A stretch of 27,551 nt of DNA from Chiloscyllium plagiosum (Eukaryota): contig NC_057751.1 of NCBI RefSeq assembly GCF_004010195.1, forward strand, positions 5,635,223 to 5,662,773. The letters are read 5' to 3'. Numbering within the stretch: the first letter of the stretch is position 1; each line of letters starts with the position of its first letter. The notes under the pieces were generated by a model. It was not told where the DNA came from and did no database searches. It worked only from the letters and a program-made list of their open reading frames with translations. The position numbers were made by a program, and so were the translations under genes. Positions 1 through 11,524 of this stretch are shown here, in pieces.

Positions 1-325
1 TGTGAACAATCAGGGGCAACATGTTGTAAAATGAGATTACTGCTTTCTTTTGGCATGATATTCAGCTTCTAATAAATTTTAAATAATGCTTTGGCATGGA
101 AATAATTGCCGAGTTTAGTTGCCCCGACCACTGGGACATGCTGATATTCTGAACAGCTCTATACAAATATAAGTTTGCTTGTTTCTGTTACTGGTAATGT
201 AGTTATGTGTTTTCATTCTCTAGATTTTCAGTGTCAATTATTTCCATTACATCAACAGCACAGAATCGGGAAATGCCTCAGAAAGAATATCCTGACATTA
301 AGTGCTTTCATTTACAGTACATCTA

Positions 326-478
<153 letters not shown>

Positions 479-2062
479 TTAGGGTTGAGACTGGAACTTC
501 TTGTTTTGGTTCTCTCAAGTGCACAGTGATTTGCCTTTCTTGCGGCCTTTCAGGTTAGCCAAAAGAAAAAAATTCAAGCTCATGTCAATAAATCTGATCA
601 ACTCGGGCCAATGCCATCGGGAACACATGAGGTCAGCTGATGTGGCATGAAATGCCTTTATTCAGAGGTGTACCTCCTGACGAATTGTGAGCAAATATTC
701 CCAGTTGTTATAACACCCTGAGTGAAGCCAAAACCAAACAGCAGTTCAAGAGAATGTCTCTTCTTTTGGAGACGTAATGGCTGCCAGTAAAGAACAATGA
801 CAACATCTCAAAATAATTCATGGTATGCAAAACTCTTTCATGGGGCAAGAAGTGAAACATTAACAAAAGGTTTTTTTTATATCTTCCTGGTACAGCAATG
901 AAATGGGGGAAGGGAAAATCACAATTAAACTGACACATCTGATAATTTGGTTCCCAGGAAGCAAACAATGGTTAAGAGTTAGACTTGAGATTAAAACAAA
1001 CAAGACCCCATGTTGTATTAGGTCCCAGGATCAGTATGGCAATGTACTACAGAGTCATACCCATGATACCATCGCTGCATCAGAACATTGGACCTGATTT
1101 CACATCTTACCATGGATCAACTGAAGCATAACACATTGCTGGAACCATGCTTCACTTTTGCCAAACAGGATGCTCTTCACCTGAACCAGAGGGTTACCAA
1201 TATCCTGGAGGGGGGGAAAATTTCCTAATGCTCTGTGGCGGGGGGAGTAGAGTTAAATTAATGCAGCAGGGGGATGGAAACCTGAATCATACTTCCAGTG
1301 TACTGGAGTTTGAAGGTAGTGAAGTCTGGAATAGGTTTACAAGGTCGTGAGAGGGACTGACAACCAGGATGTTGGATTTAAATGTGTGTACTTCAATGCC
1401 AGGAGCATTCGGAATAAAAAGTGGGTGAACTTGCAGTATGGGTTGGTACCTGGGATTTCAATGTTGGGGCCATTTCAGAGACATGGCTCGAGGAGGGATG
1501 GGAATGGTTGTTGCAGATTCCAGGATTTTGTTATTTCAACAAGAACAGAGAAGATGCTACAAGAGGGTGAAGGTGTGGCATGGTTAATCAAGGGTAGTAT
1601 GACCGCAATTCAGATAAAGTTTGAGGACTCATCCACTGAGGTAGTTTGGGCTGAGGTTAGAAACAGGAAAGGAGAGGTCACCCTGTTGGGAGTTTCTTCT
1701 CAGCCTCTGAATTGTTCCAGGAATGTAGAGGAAAGGATAACAAAGGTGATACTTGACAGGAGCAAGAGTAACAGGGAAGTTTTTATGGGGGACTTTAACT
1801 TCCCCAACATTGACTGGGAATACTATAGTTCAAGTAGTTGAGATGGGTCAATTTTTGTTCATTGTGTGCAGGAGAGTTCTCTGACACAGTATGTAGACAG
1901 GCCATTTTTATAAATGATTTGGATGTGGGCATAGAAGGATGGATTAGTAAATTTGCAGATGACACTAAAGTAGGCAGAGTTGTGGATAGTGCAGAAGGAT
2001 ATTGTGGATTACAGAGGGACATAGATAAGATGCAGCGCTGGGCTGAAAAGTGGCAAATGGAG

Positions 2063-2233
2063 GTAAAAACAATGACTGCAGATGCTGGAAACCAGATTCT
2101 GGATTAGTGGTGCTGGAAGAGCACAGCAGTTCAGGCAGCATCGATGATTCGGGCAAAAGCCCTGATGAAGTTGATTTCGAAGCTCCTTGGATGCTGCCTG
2201 AACTGCTGTGCTCTTCCAGCACCACTAATCCAG
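2063..2233. mobile_element. Short fold-back Penelope-derived insertion inside CR1 ORF2
   Basis: 16-bp direct repeat AAAGTGGCAAATGGAG at 2047-2062 and 2234-2249. Perfect 46-bp inverted repeat 2097-2142/2190-2235. Relic hammerhead fragments (TTCGGGCAAAAGCCC, CTGATGAAG) in the spacer. Confidence 0.85.
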
Positions 2234-2523
2234 AAAGTGGCAAATGGAGTTTAATGCTGAAAAGTATGAGGTAGTTCACTTCGGAAGATGTAACAGGAAT
2301 ACAGAGTACTGGGCCAATGGTAAAATTCTTGACAGTGTAGATGAACAGAGAGATCTTGGTGTCCAGGTGGATAAATCCCTGAAAGTTGCCACCCAAGTTG
2401 AAAGGGTTGTTCAGAAGGCATATGGTGTGTTGGCGTTTATTGGTAGGGGATAGGGTTTTGGAGCCACGGGGTCATGCTTCAGCTGTACAAGACACTGGAA
2501 AGGCTGCAGTTGGAGTAATGCGT

Positions 2524-2821
2524 ACAGTTCTGGTCACTGCATTATAGGAAGGATGTGGAAGCTTTGGAAAGGGTTCAGAGGAGATTGACAAGAATGTTGT
2601 CTGGTATGGCTGAGGGAACTGGGTTGTTTTTGATGGAGAGAAGAAGGTTGAGAGGTGACTTAATCGAGACATATAAGACAGTTCTGGTCACTGCATTATA
2701 GGAAGGATGTGGAAGCTTTGGAAAGGGATTGACAAGAATGTTGTCTGGTATGGCTGAGGGAACTGGGTTGTTTTTGATGGAGAGAAGAAGGTTGAGAGGT
2801 GACTTAATCGAGACATATAAG
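2524..2821 (+). repeat. Tandem duplication within CR1 (154 + 144 bp)
   Basis: 2524-2677 is repeated at 2678-2821; the second copy lacks TTCAGAGGAG and is otherwise identical by eye. Confidence 0.9.
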
Positions 2822-3192
2822 ATAATCAGAGGGTTAGATAGGGTGGACAGTGAGAGCCTTTCTCCTCTGATGGTGAAGGCTAACACGAGGGGACATAGCT
2901 TTAAGTTGAGACATGACAGACTTAGGACAGATATTTCTTTACTCAGAGTAGTAGGGGCGTGGAACAGCCTGCCTGCAACAGTAGTAGACTCACTGACGTT
3001 ATGGGCATTTGATATACTTATTGATAATAATGGAATGGTGTAGTTTAGATGGGCATCACATTAATTTCACAGGTAAGTGCAACATCAAGAGCCTGTACTG
3101 TGCTGTAATGTTCTATGTTCTGTGTTCAAGTATTCGATAAAGAGTTGCAAAAAACAATGAAACAACTGAAGAGTGCAGTCATGGGTGATTCC

Positions 3193-3354
3193 GAGGAGAA
3201 AGTGAGGACTGCAGATGCTGGAGATCAGAGTCAAGAAGTGTGGCGCTGGAAAAGCACTGCAGGTCAGGCAGCTGTGATCAAGGACTCATGACCAAAATGT
3301 CCATTCTACTGCTCCTTAGATGCTGTCTGACCTGCTGTGCTTTTCCAGCCCCAC
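3193..3354. mobile_element. Short fold-back Penelope-derived insertion (older)
   Basis: 14-bp direct repeat TCATGGGTGATTCC at 3179-3192 and 3355-3368. Starts with GGAGAAAGTGAGGACTGCAGATGCTGGAG like the 23.6-kb copy. Imperfect inverted arms GCTGGAAAAGCAC...GGCAGC / GCTGTC...GTGCTTTTCCAGC. Confidence 0.8.
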
Positions 3355-3553
3355 TCATGGGTGATTCCCATGATGGATTTGAAAGGAAAGGTCACTGGAG
3401 AGGGTCTGGTAATGTAATATGAGCTAATAGGCTAGAAACAAAGAATAGTTGAGATGAATGCCTGAAACAGTTCTGTAAGGAAAACAACTTTGTCATCTTT
3501 TATACCGTCTTGAAACAACACCTGAGAAGACCCACAACAGTGCATGAGACATT

Positions 3554-3873
3554 GGGCTGGCACAGTGGCTCATGGTTAGCATTGCTGTCTCACAGCACAA
3601 GGGACCGAGCTTCAATTTCACCCTCGGGCAACTGTCTGTGTACAATTTGCACATTCTTCCTGTGTCTGCGTTGGTTTCCCCCAGATGCTCTGGTTTCCTC
3701 CCACATTCCAAAGATGTACAAGTTAGGCATGCTAAACTGCCCAGTGTTCAAGCATGTGCAGGCATGATGGACTATCCATGGGAAATACAGAGTTACAGGG
3801 ACAGGGGTGGGCCCGGACAAGATGCTCTTCAGATGGTTGGTAGCCTGCCTCCACACTGAAGTGATTCTATGAT
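3554..3873 (+). mobile_element. tRNA-derived V-SINE (shark HE1-like), diverged
   Basis: tRNA-like head, V-domain TTTGCACATTCTTCCTGTGTCTGCGTTGGTTTCC, CR1-like tail GATTCTATGA; alignable to the 10658-10965 copy. Confidence 0.85.
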
Positions 3874-3982
3874 ATAATGCTGAGTTGCAATGAATGCCAT
3901 TGGGTTCTTCAATATTACATTATTCATGCCCAATTTCTTATGCTATGTTCAACTTCATAACCTTTGCCAAATCATGAAAAAC

Positions 3983-6900
3983 ATCATAAGACCACATACA
4001 GAAGCAGAAATTAGGCAATTCAGCCCATTGGGTCTAGTCCATCATTCAGTCATGACTGATAAGTTTTTCAAGTCTATTCTCTCGCTTTCTCCCCATAATC
4101 TTGATCCCCTTGATACTCAAGAACCTATCTATCTCAGTTTAAATATACTCAATGACCTGACCCTCCACAGCATTCTGCAGCAATGAATTCCACAGATTCC
4201 CCAGTCTCTGGCTCAAGAAGTTTCTCCTCATCTCCGTTTTCAAAGGTCTTCTGTTTACTCTAAGGCTGTGCCCTCAGGTTCTAGTGTCTCCTACCAATGG
4301 AAACATCTTCCCAACATCTAATCTGTCCAGCCCATTCAGTATTCTGTATGTTTCAATTAGATTCCCCCTCATCCTTCTAAACGCCATCAAATATAAACCC
4401 AGAGTCCTTAAATGTTCCCCATATGTTAAGCCTTTCATTCCTGAATCCATTCTCACGAACCTCCTCTGAACACGCTCCAGGGCCACAACATCCTTCCTGA
4501 AATATGGGGCCCAAAACTGTGCACAATACTCCAAATGTGGTCTGACCAGAGCCTTGTAGGGCTTCAGAAGTACATCCCTGCGTTTATATTCAAGTCCTCT
4601 CAACGACTTCCTAACGACTGACTTAACATGCAAATTTATCTTGAGAGAATCCTGGATGAGAACCCCCAAGTCTCTTTGCACTTCTGAATTTTCTCCCCAT
4701 TTAGAAAGTAGTCTATTCTTCCTACCTAAGCGCATGACCTCACAGTTTCCCATATTGTACTCCATCTGCCACTTCTTTGTCCACTCTCCTAACCTGTCCA
4801 AATCCTTCTGCAGACTCCTGGCCTCCTCAATGCCACCTGTTGCTCCACCGATCTTTGAATCATCTGCAAACTTAGCCAGTCTTGCCCTCAGTTCCTTCAC
4901 GGAGATCATTAATGTATAAAGTGAAAAGTTGTGGTCCCAACACGGAGCCTTGCAGAACACCACTTGTCACCAGCTGCCACCTTGAGAAAGACCCTTTTAG
5001 CCTCACTTTTTTGCTTTATGCCAGAAAGCCAAACTTCTTTCCATGCCAGCACCTTGCTCTCACACCATGGGCCCTTAAATTACTCAACAGCCTCTTGTAT
5101 GGCACCTTCTTGAAGTCCAGATGGATAACATCCATTGGTTCTCCTTGGTCTAATCAGCTCATCACTTCCTCATAGAATTCCAGCAGATCTGTCTGGCACG
5201 ACCTATCCTTGATGAAACCATGGCGACTTGGCCCTATTTTACCAGGCACTTCCAGGTATTCAGAAATCTCATCATTCACAATGGATTCCAGGATCTTACC
5301 CACAACCAAGGTTGGGCTAAACGGTCTGTAATTTTCCATCTTTTGCCGTACTCCTTTTTTAAAGGTAGCAATTTTCCAGTCCTCTGGGACCATTCCTCAT
5401 TCCAGTGATTTCTGAACGATCACCACAAAGGCTTTGACTATCCCTTCAACTATCTTCCTTCGAACTCTGGGTGTAGTCCATCTGGTCCAGGTGACTCAAT
5501 CACCTTTAGGCCATTCTGTTTTTCCAGCACCTTCTCCTTGGTGATGGCCAATGGCTCAATGTCCACTTTTGCCTCTCTTTTTAACACTTAAACAGCAACT
5601 AATGAATGTAAAGGATCCATGAGATACTACCAGAAAAACTAACGTCATTTACAAGATACCATACAAGAACTGTAAAAAAAAACACGATATTGGACAAACC
5701 AGCAGCAAACTTGCAACCAGGATACATGAACACCAACTGGCCACCAAAGGACATGACCCACTATCACTAATTTCTATACATACAGACAAAGAAGGACACC
5801 ACTTTGACATACATCCTAGGACAGGCGAAACAAACACACGCATGAGAATTCTTAGAGGCATGGCATTCTAACCAGAACTCCATGAATAAACACATGGACT
5901 TGGATCCCATTTACCTTCCTGGAAATGACATCACCCACATTAAGAAACCAAGACTTATTCATAGAGAGGTGGGACATACCATTAGCACTTCACCGAAGAC
6001 TCGCACTGATGATGGTGACGAAATGTCTGAAAACCAGCGAGCTAACTTACATACTGATCAATCTGAGCTACAAATCTTCTCAAAAGCTACAAATCTTCTA
6101 ACGAAACTCTTACAGTCTTCCTCGATATTACTAGCTAGCTTACCCTCATATTTCACCTTCACCCTCCTTATTTCTTTTTTTGTTGCCCTCTGTTGGTCTT
6201 TGTAAGCTTCCCGATCCTCTGATTTCTCATCTCCCTTCACCACATTATATGCTTTCTCTTTTGCTTTTACGCTATTCTTGACTTCCCTCGTCAGTCATGG
6301 TTGCCTCATCCTCCCTGCACGATGCAGCTTTTTCCTTGGGATGAATCGCTGCTGCATCTCCTGAATCACTCCCAGACACTCCTGCCATCGCTGTTCCACT
6401 ATCTCTCTGACTGGGCTCCTCCCCAATTCTACCCAGCTCCTCCCTCGTGCCACTGTAGTTGCCGTTATTCAGCTGTAATACTGTTATCTCTGAGTCTAAC
6501 TTCTGCTCTCAAATTGCAGAGTAAATTCAATCATATTATGAAAACTGCTTCATAAGGGTTCCTTCACCTTTAGCTCTCTTATCAAGTCTGCCTCATTGCA
6601 CAACATTAAATCCAGTATTTCCGATTTATAGTGGGCTCCACCACAAGCTGCTCCAAAAAGCCATCTCGTAGACATTCCACAAATTCCTTTCTCTTGCAAT
6701 CCACTATCACCTGATTTTCCCAGTCCACCGACATGTTGAAATGCCCCATGAGCACTGTAACTTTCCCTTTCCAAAACATTTTTTCTATCTCCTGGTGTAT
6801 CTTGTGCCCCATCTCCTGACTATTAGGAGGCCTGTACATAGTTGGAGTAATAATGTTTTTTTTTTAAACTTTGTGGTTCCTCAATTCTACACACACAGAT

Positions 6901-7170
6901 TCTACATTATCTGACCCTACTTCAGATCTTAGTACCGATTTAATTTAATTTCTCACTCATAAGGCAACCCAACCCCCTCTGCCCAACTGCTTATCTTTTC
7001 AATGGGATGTATATCCTTGAATATTCAGCACTCAATCCTGATCCCCTTGCAGCCATGTTTCCACAACGCCCACCAAATCATACCTGCTGATTTCTATCTG
7101 CATCAGGAGCTCATTTATCTTATTCCTTACACTGTGTGCATTCAGATAGAATACCTTCAGTCTGTATTTA
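3983..7170 (-). mobile_element. CR1-clade LINE ORF2, decayed, interrupted by a Penelope fragment
   Basis: Minus-strand ORF pieces: LKVFYLNAHSVRNK and YRPPNS/MGHFN (endonuclease), [51 protein letters not shown] (RT and C-terminus). Confidence 0.92.
5584..6100 (+). mobile_element. Penelope-like element 3' fragment: GIY-YIG endonuclease remnant plus 3' terminal region
   Basis: From 5641 reads NVIYKIPYKNCKKKHDIGQTSSKLATRIHEHQLATKGHDPLSLISIHTDKEGHHFD (VIY..YIG-type motif, R..EH), then in a shifted frame ILGQAKQTHA*EFLEAWHS..NKHMDLDPIY. Hammerhead relic CTGATGA...GAAATGTC at 6006-6027. Boundaries approximate. Confidence 0.85.
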
Positions 7171-8035
7171 CCGTCCCTCGTCTCAGTGTCATTCATTTGT
7201 CCAGTGTGCTTGTAGTTTGATTGCGAACCCTTTCCATACACTCTTTGGAGGCAAAGCTCACACAACCCCAATTCTCTTAAATGTCTTGCACATAAGCAAA
7301 TGTCAATTGATGTCACCGTGGATCACTGTGATTGCACACGCACACTCATCATCTGGCACAACGCTCCAAAATTCTTTCGACTCTCTGGGCCTAGTCACAG
7401 GTCCATTCCCACTCTCAGCCATTCTGAGCCAATGTACACACATTCAGGGCACATCAAAATTAGCAGAACCAAGATATCTCCAACTTGGATGGTCACAACA
7501 CCTTTAACATCATGGAGTACAGGGAACATAACAGGAGTGACACCAAACAATAGTGAACACCGGGTTAAGTAAAGATATATATGGGCAGAGGACCAAAATC
7601 TTGGTCGAAGAGATGAGCTTTAGAAAGTGTCGTCTTCAAGAAGAACAGAGAGGTTTACTTACGAAATTCCAAGCCAGCAGAAGGCTCAGTGCCAATGGGG
7701 ACACAATTGAAAACTAAACAAGTTGACGGTCAGAGAAACACAGTGATATCGAACATTTCCAGGACTGAAAAAAGGCACAGAAACTCGTAAAAGCCTGGAA
7801 AGATCAACTGCCACACATTTGAAAACATGAAATTTCTTCAAAAATGGATTTACTCAACCAGCATCTAAAGTGAAAGTGAAGAGCATCCAAGGAGCAGGTG
7901 AATTGACATTTCGGGCATAAGCCCTTCTTCAGGAATGAGGAGGGTGTGCCAAGCAGGCTAAGATAAAAGGTAGGGAGGAGGGACTTGGGGGAGGGGCGTT
8001 GGGAATGCGATAGGTGGAAGGAGGTTAAGGTGAGG

Positions 8036-8861
8036 NNNNNNNNNNNNNNNNNNNNNNNNNNNNNNNNNNNNNNNNNNNNNNNNNNNNNNNNNNNNNNNNN
8101 NNNNNNNNNNNNNNNNNNNNNNNNNNNNNNNNNNNNNNNNNNNNNNNNNNNNNNNNNNNNNNNNNNNNNNNNNNNNNNNNNNNNNNNNNNNNNNNNNNNN
8201 NNNNNNNNNNNNNNNNNNNNNNNNNNNNNNNNNNNNNNNNNNNNNNNNNNNNNNNNNNNNNNNNNNNNNNNNNNNNNNNNNNNNNNNNNNNNNNNNNNNN
8301 NNNNNNNNNNNNNNNNNNNNNNNNNNNNNNNNNNNNNNNNNNNNNNNNNNNNNNNNNNNNNNNNNNNNNNNNNNNNNNNNNNNNNNNNNNNNNNNNNNNN
8401 NNNNNNNNNNNNNNNNNNNNNNNNNNNNNNNNNNNNNNNNNNNNNNNNNNNNNNNNNNNNNNNNNNNNNNNNNNNNNNNNNNNNNNNNNNNNNNNNNNNN
8501 NNNNNNNNNNNNNNNNNNNNNNNNNNNNNNNNNNNNNNNNNNNNNNNNNNNNNNNNNNNNNNNNNNNNNNNNNNNNNNNNNNNNNNNNNNNNNNNNNNNN
8601 NNNNNNNNNNNNNNNNNNNNNNNNNNNNNNNNNNNNNNNNNNNNNNNNNNNNNNNNNNNNNNNNNNNNNNNNNNNNNNNNNNNNNNNNNNNNNNNNNNNN
8701 NNNNNNNNNNNNNNNNNNNNNNNNNNNNNNNNNNNNNNNNNNNNNNNNNNNNNNNNNNNNNNNNNNNNNNNNNNNNNNNNNNNNNNNNNNNNNNNNNNNN
8801 NNNNNNNNNNNNNNNNNNNNNNNNNNNNNNNNNNNNNNNNNNNNNNNNNNNNNNNNNNNNN
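8036..8861. other. Assembly gap (826 N)
   Basis: Run of N. Confidence 1.
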
Positions 8862-9028
8862 CGCCTTCTTGACCTGCAATCTTCTTCCCGACCTCTCCGC
8901 CCCCACCCCTTCTCTGGCCTATCACCCTCACCTTAACCTCCTTCCACCTATTGCATTCCCAACGCCCCTCCCCCAAGTCCCTCCTCCCTACCTTTTATCT
9001 TAGCCTGCTTGGCACACCCTCCTCATTC

Positions 9029-9056
9029 CTGAAGAAGGGCTTATGCCCGAAACGTC
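9029..9056 (+). ncRNA. Minimal hammerhead-ribozyme-like motif (Penelope-associated)
   Basis: CTGAAGA-A-GGGC-TTAT-GCCC-GAAAC-GTC: core boxes, 4-bp helix II, palindromic ACGT in place of helix III. Helix I is weak; activity untested. Confidence 0.6.
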
Positions 9057-10361
9057 AATTCACCTGCTCCTTGGATGCTGCCTGACCTGCTGCGCTTTTC
9101 CAGCGGCACATTTTTCAGCATCTAAAGTGGGCCAGTAAGCACGGGGGTAGCAAGCAGCAAGTTTTGATTCAACTGAAAGATTAAGATAGAAGATGAGAAG
9201 TTGCGAGTCCTGACAACAATGGAAGCATCCTGTGCGGGACATCAGCAGGTCTTGAGCTGAGGCAAGAATACATTTGGCAGCTACAATGTTGAAAAAGCTG
9301 GTCTTGACACAAGGGAATACGCATATGGTCAGAAGCTCATTCCAACAACAAAGACGAGGTTGCCAAGGGTCTGATCTGAGCACAGGTCATTGCCCAAGAG
9401 AGGTCTGGATTCAGTGGCTCAGAACAGGTTCTGGTTTGATGATCTCAATATTTAGCTGGAGAAAATTAAAACTCATTGTACACTGGATATTGGACAAGCA
9501 TTGTACTGAATTAGGGATGGTGGATGGATCATGAGGGGTACTTATGAGGTAGAATTGTGTATTGTCAATATACACATAGCATCTGATGTTGTGTATTCAG
9601 ATCACGTCTCAGAGTGGCATGCAGGCAGACTGAACTGATTCCACTTTATACAAATCGATCAAACTTCTTGTTTGCCAAGAAGCCTGGGAACAAAGGGTTT
9701 CACAGCACAAGCATTTTTCTTTGAATGCATGACCATATATAGTCAAATACTCCAGCACTTCAGAATAGAAAGCTCAATGAAAATAAGTGCTGCTGAGCCG
9801 TTTCATCTTTTTATTGTCAAGGCTTTTGATTGCATCAGCCAGAAACCATTTCTCCTTAAAGAAGCACTGTAGAATGCATGTTGAGAATTACTGTTGATAT
9901 TGAATCTGTTGTTTAGCAAGTCTGGAGATATTTTTATCCTTCCACACCTATGAGATCATAATTGGCTGCAAGACTAGGTCCTTCCATTCTATTAGGATGC
10001 GTTTGAATTTCATCAGAGTTTTGGCAGAGCAACACTAAAACAACCTCTGTGCCAAATTTCCCCTTGCCTTCACTTCTCAATCTGCGTTGAAAGCACTTTA
10101 GGAAAATGGACTGACGATGTTGTTGGGACCTACATTGGACTGGCGCTGACATTTTCTTCTTTGCATTCATATGAACAGCTTCTAAAATGCTTTCACAAAT
10201 GCAAGGGATTTGTTAAAATAAATCGCAGAGGACAGCAAGTGTTCTGGTCTTAGCTTGCAGGAAACTTTCAGAAGTGTGGTGAAAAAAAAAGCAAGATTCT
10301 ATTCCTTCTTCGCATTCGCTCCTTCTGGCTGCAGGACCTCATCCATCCTACCCAAGAAGTA

Positions 10362-10630
10362 GGGCGACACGGTAGCACAGTGGTTAGCACTGCTGTCTCA
10401 CAGCGCCAGAGACCTGGGTTCAATTCCCGCCTCAGACGTTAACTGTGTGGAGTTTGCACATTCTCTCCGGGTCTGCGTGGGTTTCCTCTGGGTGCTCCAG
10501 TTTCCTCCCACAATCCAAAAATGGCCATAGTGAAGGTGTAGGGGAATGGGTCTGGGTGGGTTGCGCTTCGGCGGGTCGGTGTGGACTTGTTGGGCCGAAG
10601 GGCCTGTTTCCACACTGTAAGTAATCTAAT
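10362..10630 (+). mobile_element. tRNA-derived V-SINE (HE1-like) with internal deletions
   Basis: A box TAGCACAGTGG, B box GGTTCAATTCC, V-domain, tail GTAATCTAAT. Confidence 0.9.
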
Positions 10631-10657
10631 TTGAAATGTAGAGTTGAACCTTATTGT

Positions 10658-10965
10658 GGGCGACACGGTGGCACAGTGGTTAGCACTGCTGCCTCACAGC
10701 GCCAGAGACCCGGGTTCTATTCCCGCCTCAGGCGACTGACTGTGTGGAGTTTGCACGTTCTCCCCGTGTCTGCGTGGGTTTCCTCCGGGTGCTCCGGTTT
10801 CCTCCCACAGTCCAAAGATGTGCAGGGTCAGGTGAATTGGCCATGCTAAATTGCCCGTAGTGTTAGGTAAGGGGTAAATGTATGGGTGGGTTTCGCTTCG
10901 GCGGGTCGGTGTGGACTTGTTGGGCCGAAGGGCCTGTTTCCACACTGTAATCTAATCTAATCTAA
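10658..10965 (+). mobile_element. tRNA-derived V-SINE (HE1-like), young full-length copy
   Basis: A box TGGCACAGTGG, B box GGTTCTATTCC, V-domain CTGTGTGGAGTTTGCACGTTCTCCCCGTGTCTGCGTGGGTTTCCTCCGGGTGCTCCGG, (TAATC)n tail, many intact CpGs. Confidence 0.93.
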
Positions 10966-11524
10966 AGTAGATCCCGTGGCCGTTGGAGATCAGGGATAGG
11001 ATACAGAATTCGGAAAAATAAAAATAAAAATAGGAAGTGGCGTGGAGGCATTCTGTCTGTATCATTACATTTGTCTGGGCCCTGAAACCAGCTCACGAAA
11101 CCAGCTTGCTGCTGTTCACATACTAAAGGAGAAGGCTATTCTGACTGCAGCTGGAGACACACCCACAGAACACGCATCCACTCCATTGTTAGCTCTATGA
11201 ACAATGGTCTGTTTGCTCAGAAAAGCTGTTAAGAGCGAGAAAGCCTTGTGTCAAGGAGACGTGATCTGCAAATGCACATTTCAGAAAGAATCACTTCTTC
11301 TGATGTTTATGGCATTCCAGGAAACAAGACTTAAACCAACACTGCCTCTTGGTTCAACAACCAAATTGACAACAATGCTCTTCAAAAATTTAGGGAGGGG
11401 AATGAGACAACACTTAATCCATCCCTGGCATTCCACCAGTTTGTCAATACAATGCACTTAATTACAGCATGACTCAAATTCTCAGATGGTTCCCAGCACT
11501 GTCACAAACACACAGAGAACAGCC

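Larger units (their letters stand above)
1163..3127 (+). mobile_element. CR1-clade LINE, decayed, with large internal deletion
   Basis: End of ORF1 esterase (QDALHLNQRVTNIL), APE endonuclease (CVYFNARSIRNK, MGDFNFPNIDW), RT C-terminal part (FINDLD, SKFADDTK, KWQMEFN, RRLRGDLIETYKI), and 3' tail (ATGTTCT)n at about 3108-3127. Frameshifts and stops are present. Confidence 0.92.
7873..9115. mobile_element. Penelope-derived insertion with long inverted arms, spanning the assembly gap
   Basis: 14-bp direct repeat CAGCATCTAAAGTG at 7859-7872 and 9116-9129. Arms 7882-8035 and 8926-9079 (154 bp, 2 mismatches, both CpG-type). Hammerhead-like core in both arms. Confidence 0.85.
7560..9580 (-). mobile_element. 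Old L2-clade LINE fragment split by the 7873-9115 insertion
   Basis: Minus strand near 9450-9572 gives YIDNTQFY (like YADDTQLY) and CLSNIQCTMSFNFLQLN (like CL.DI..WM..NFLQLN). 7580-7720 resembles an L2 3' region. Boundaries approximate. Confidence 0.55.

Noticed and set aside
2524..2821. CRISPR-like or satellite array
   Set aside because: Only two long units of LINE sequence, no spacers, eukaryotic context.
4274..4963. 229-aa RT-like ORF as an active or domesticated gene
   Set aside because: Fragment of a frameshifted, interrupted CR1 ORF2.
7804..8976. Three long ORFs of 293-390 aa
   Set aside because: Almost entirely X residues from the N gap.
10362..10730. tRNA genes suggested by A/B boxes
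   Set aside because: They are SINE heads continuing into a V-domain and LINE-like tail; no complete cloverleaf with terminator.
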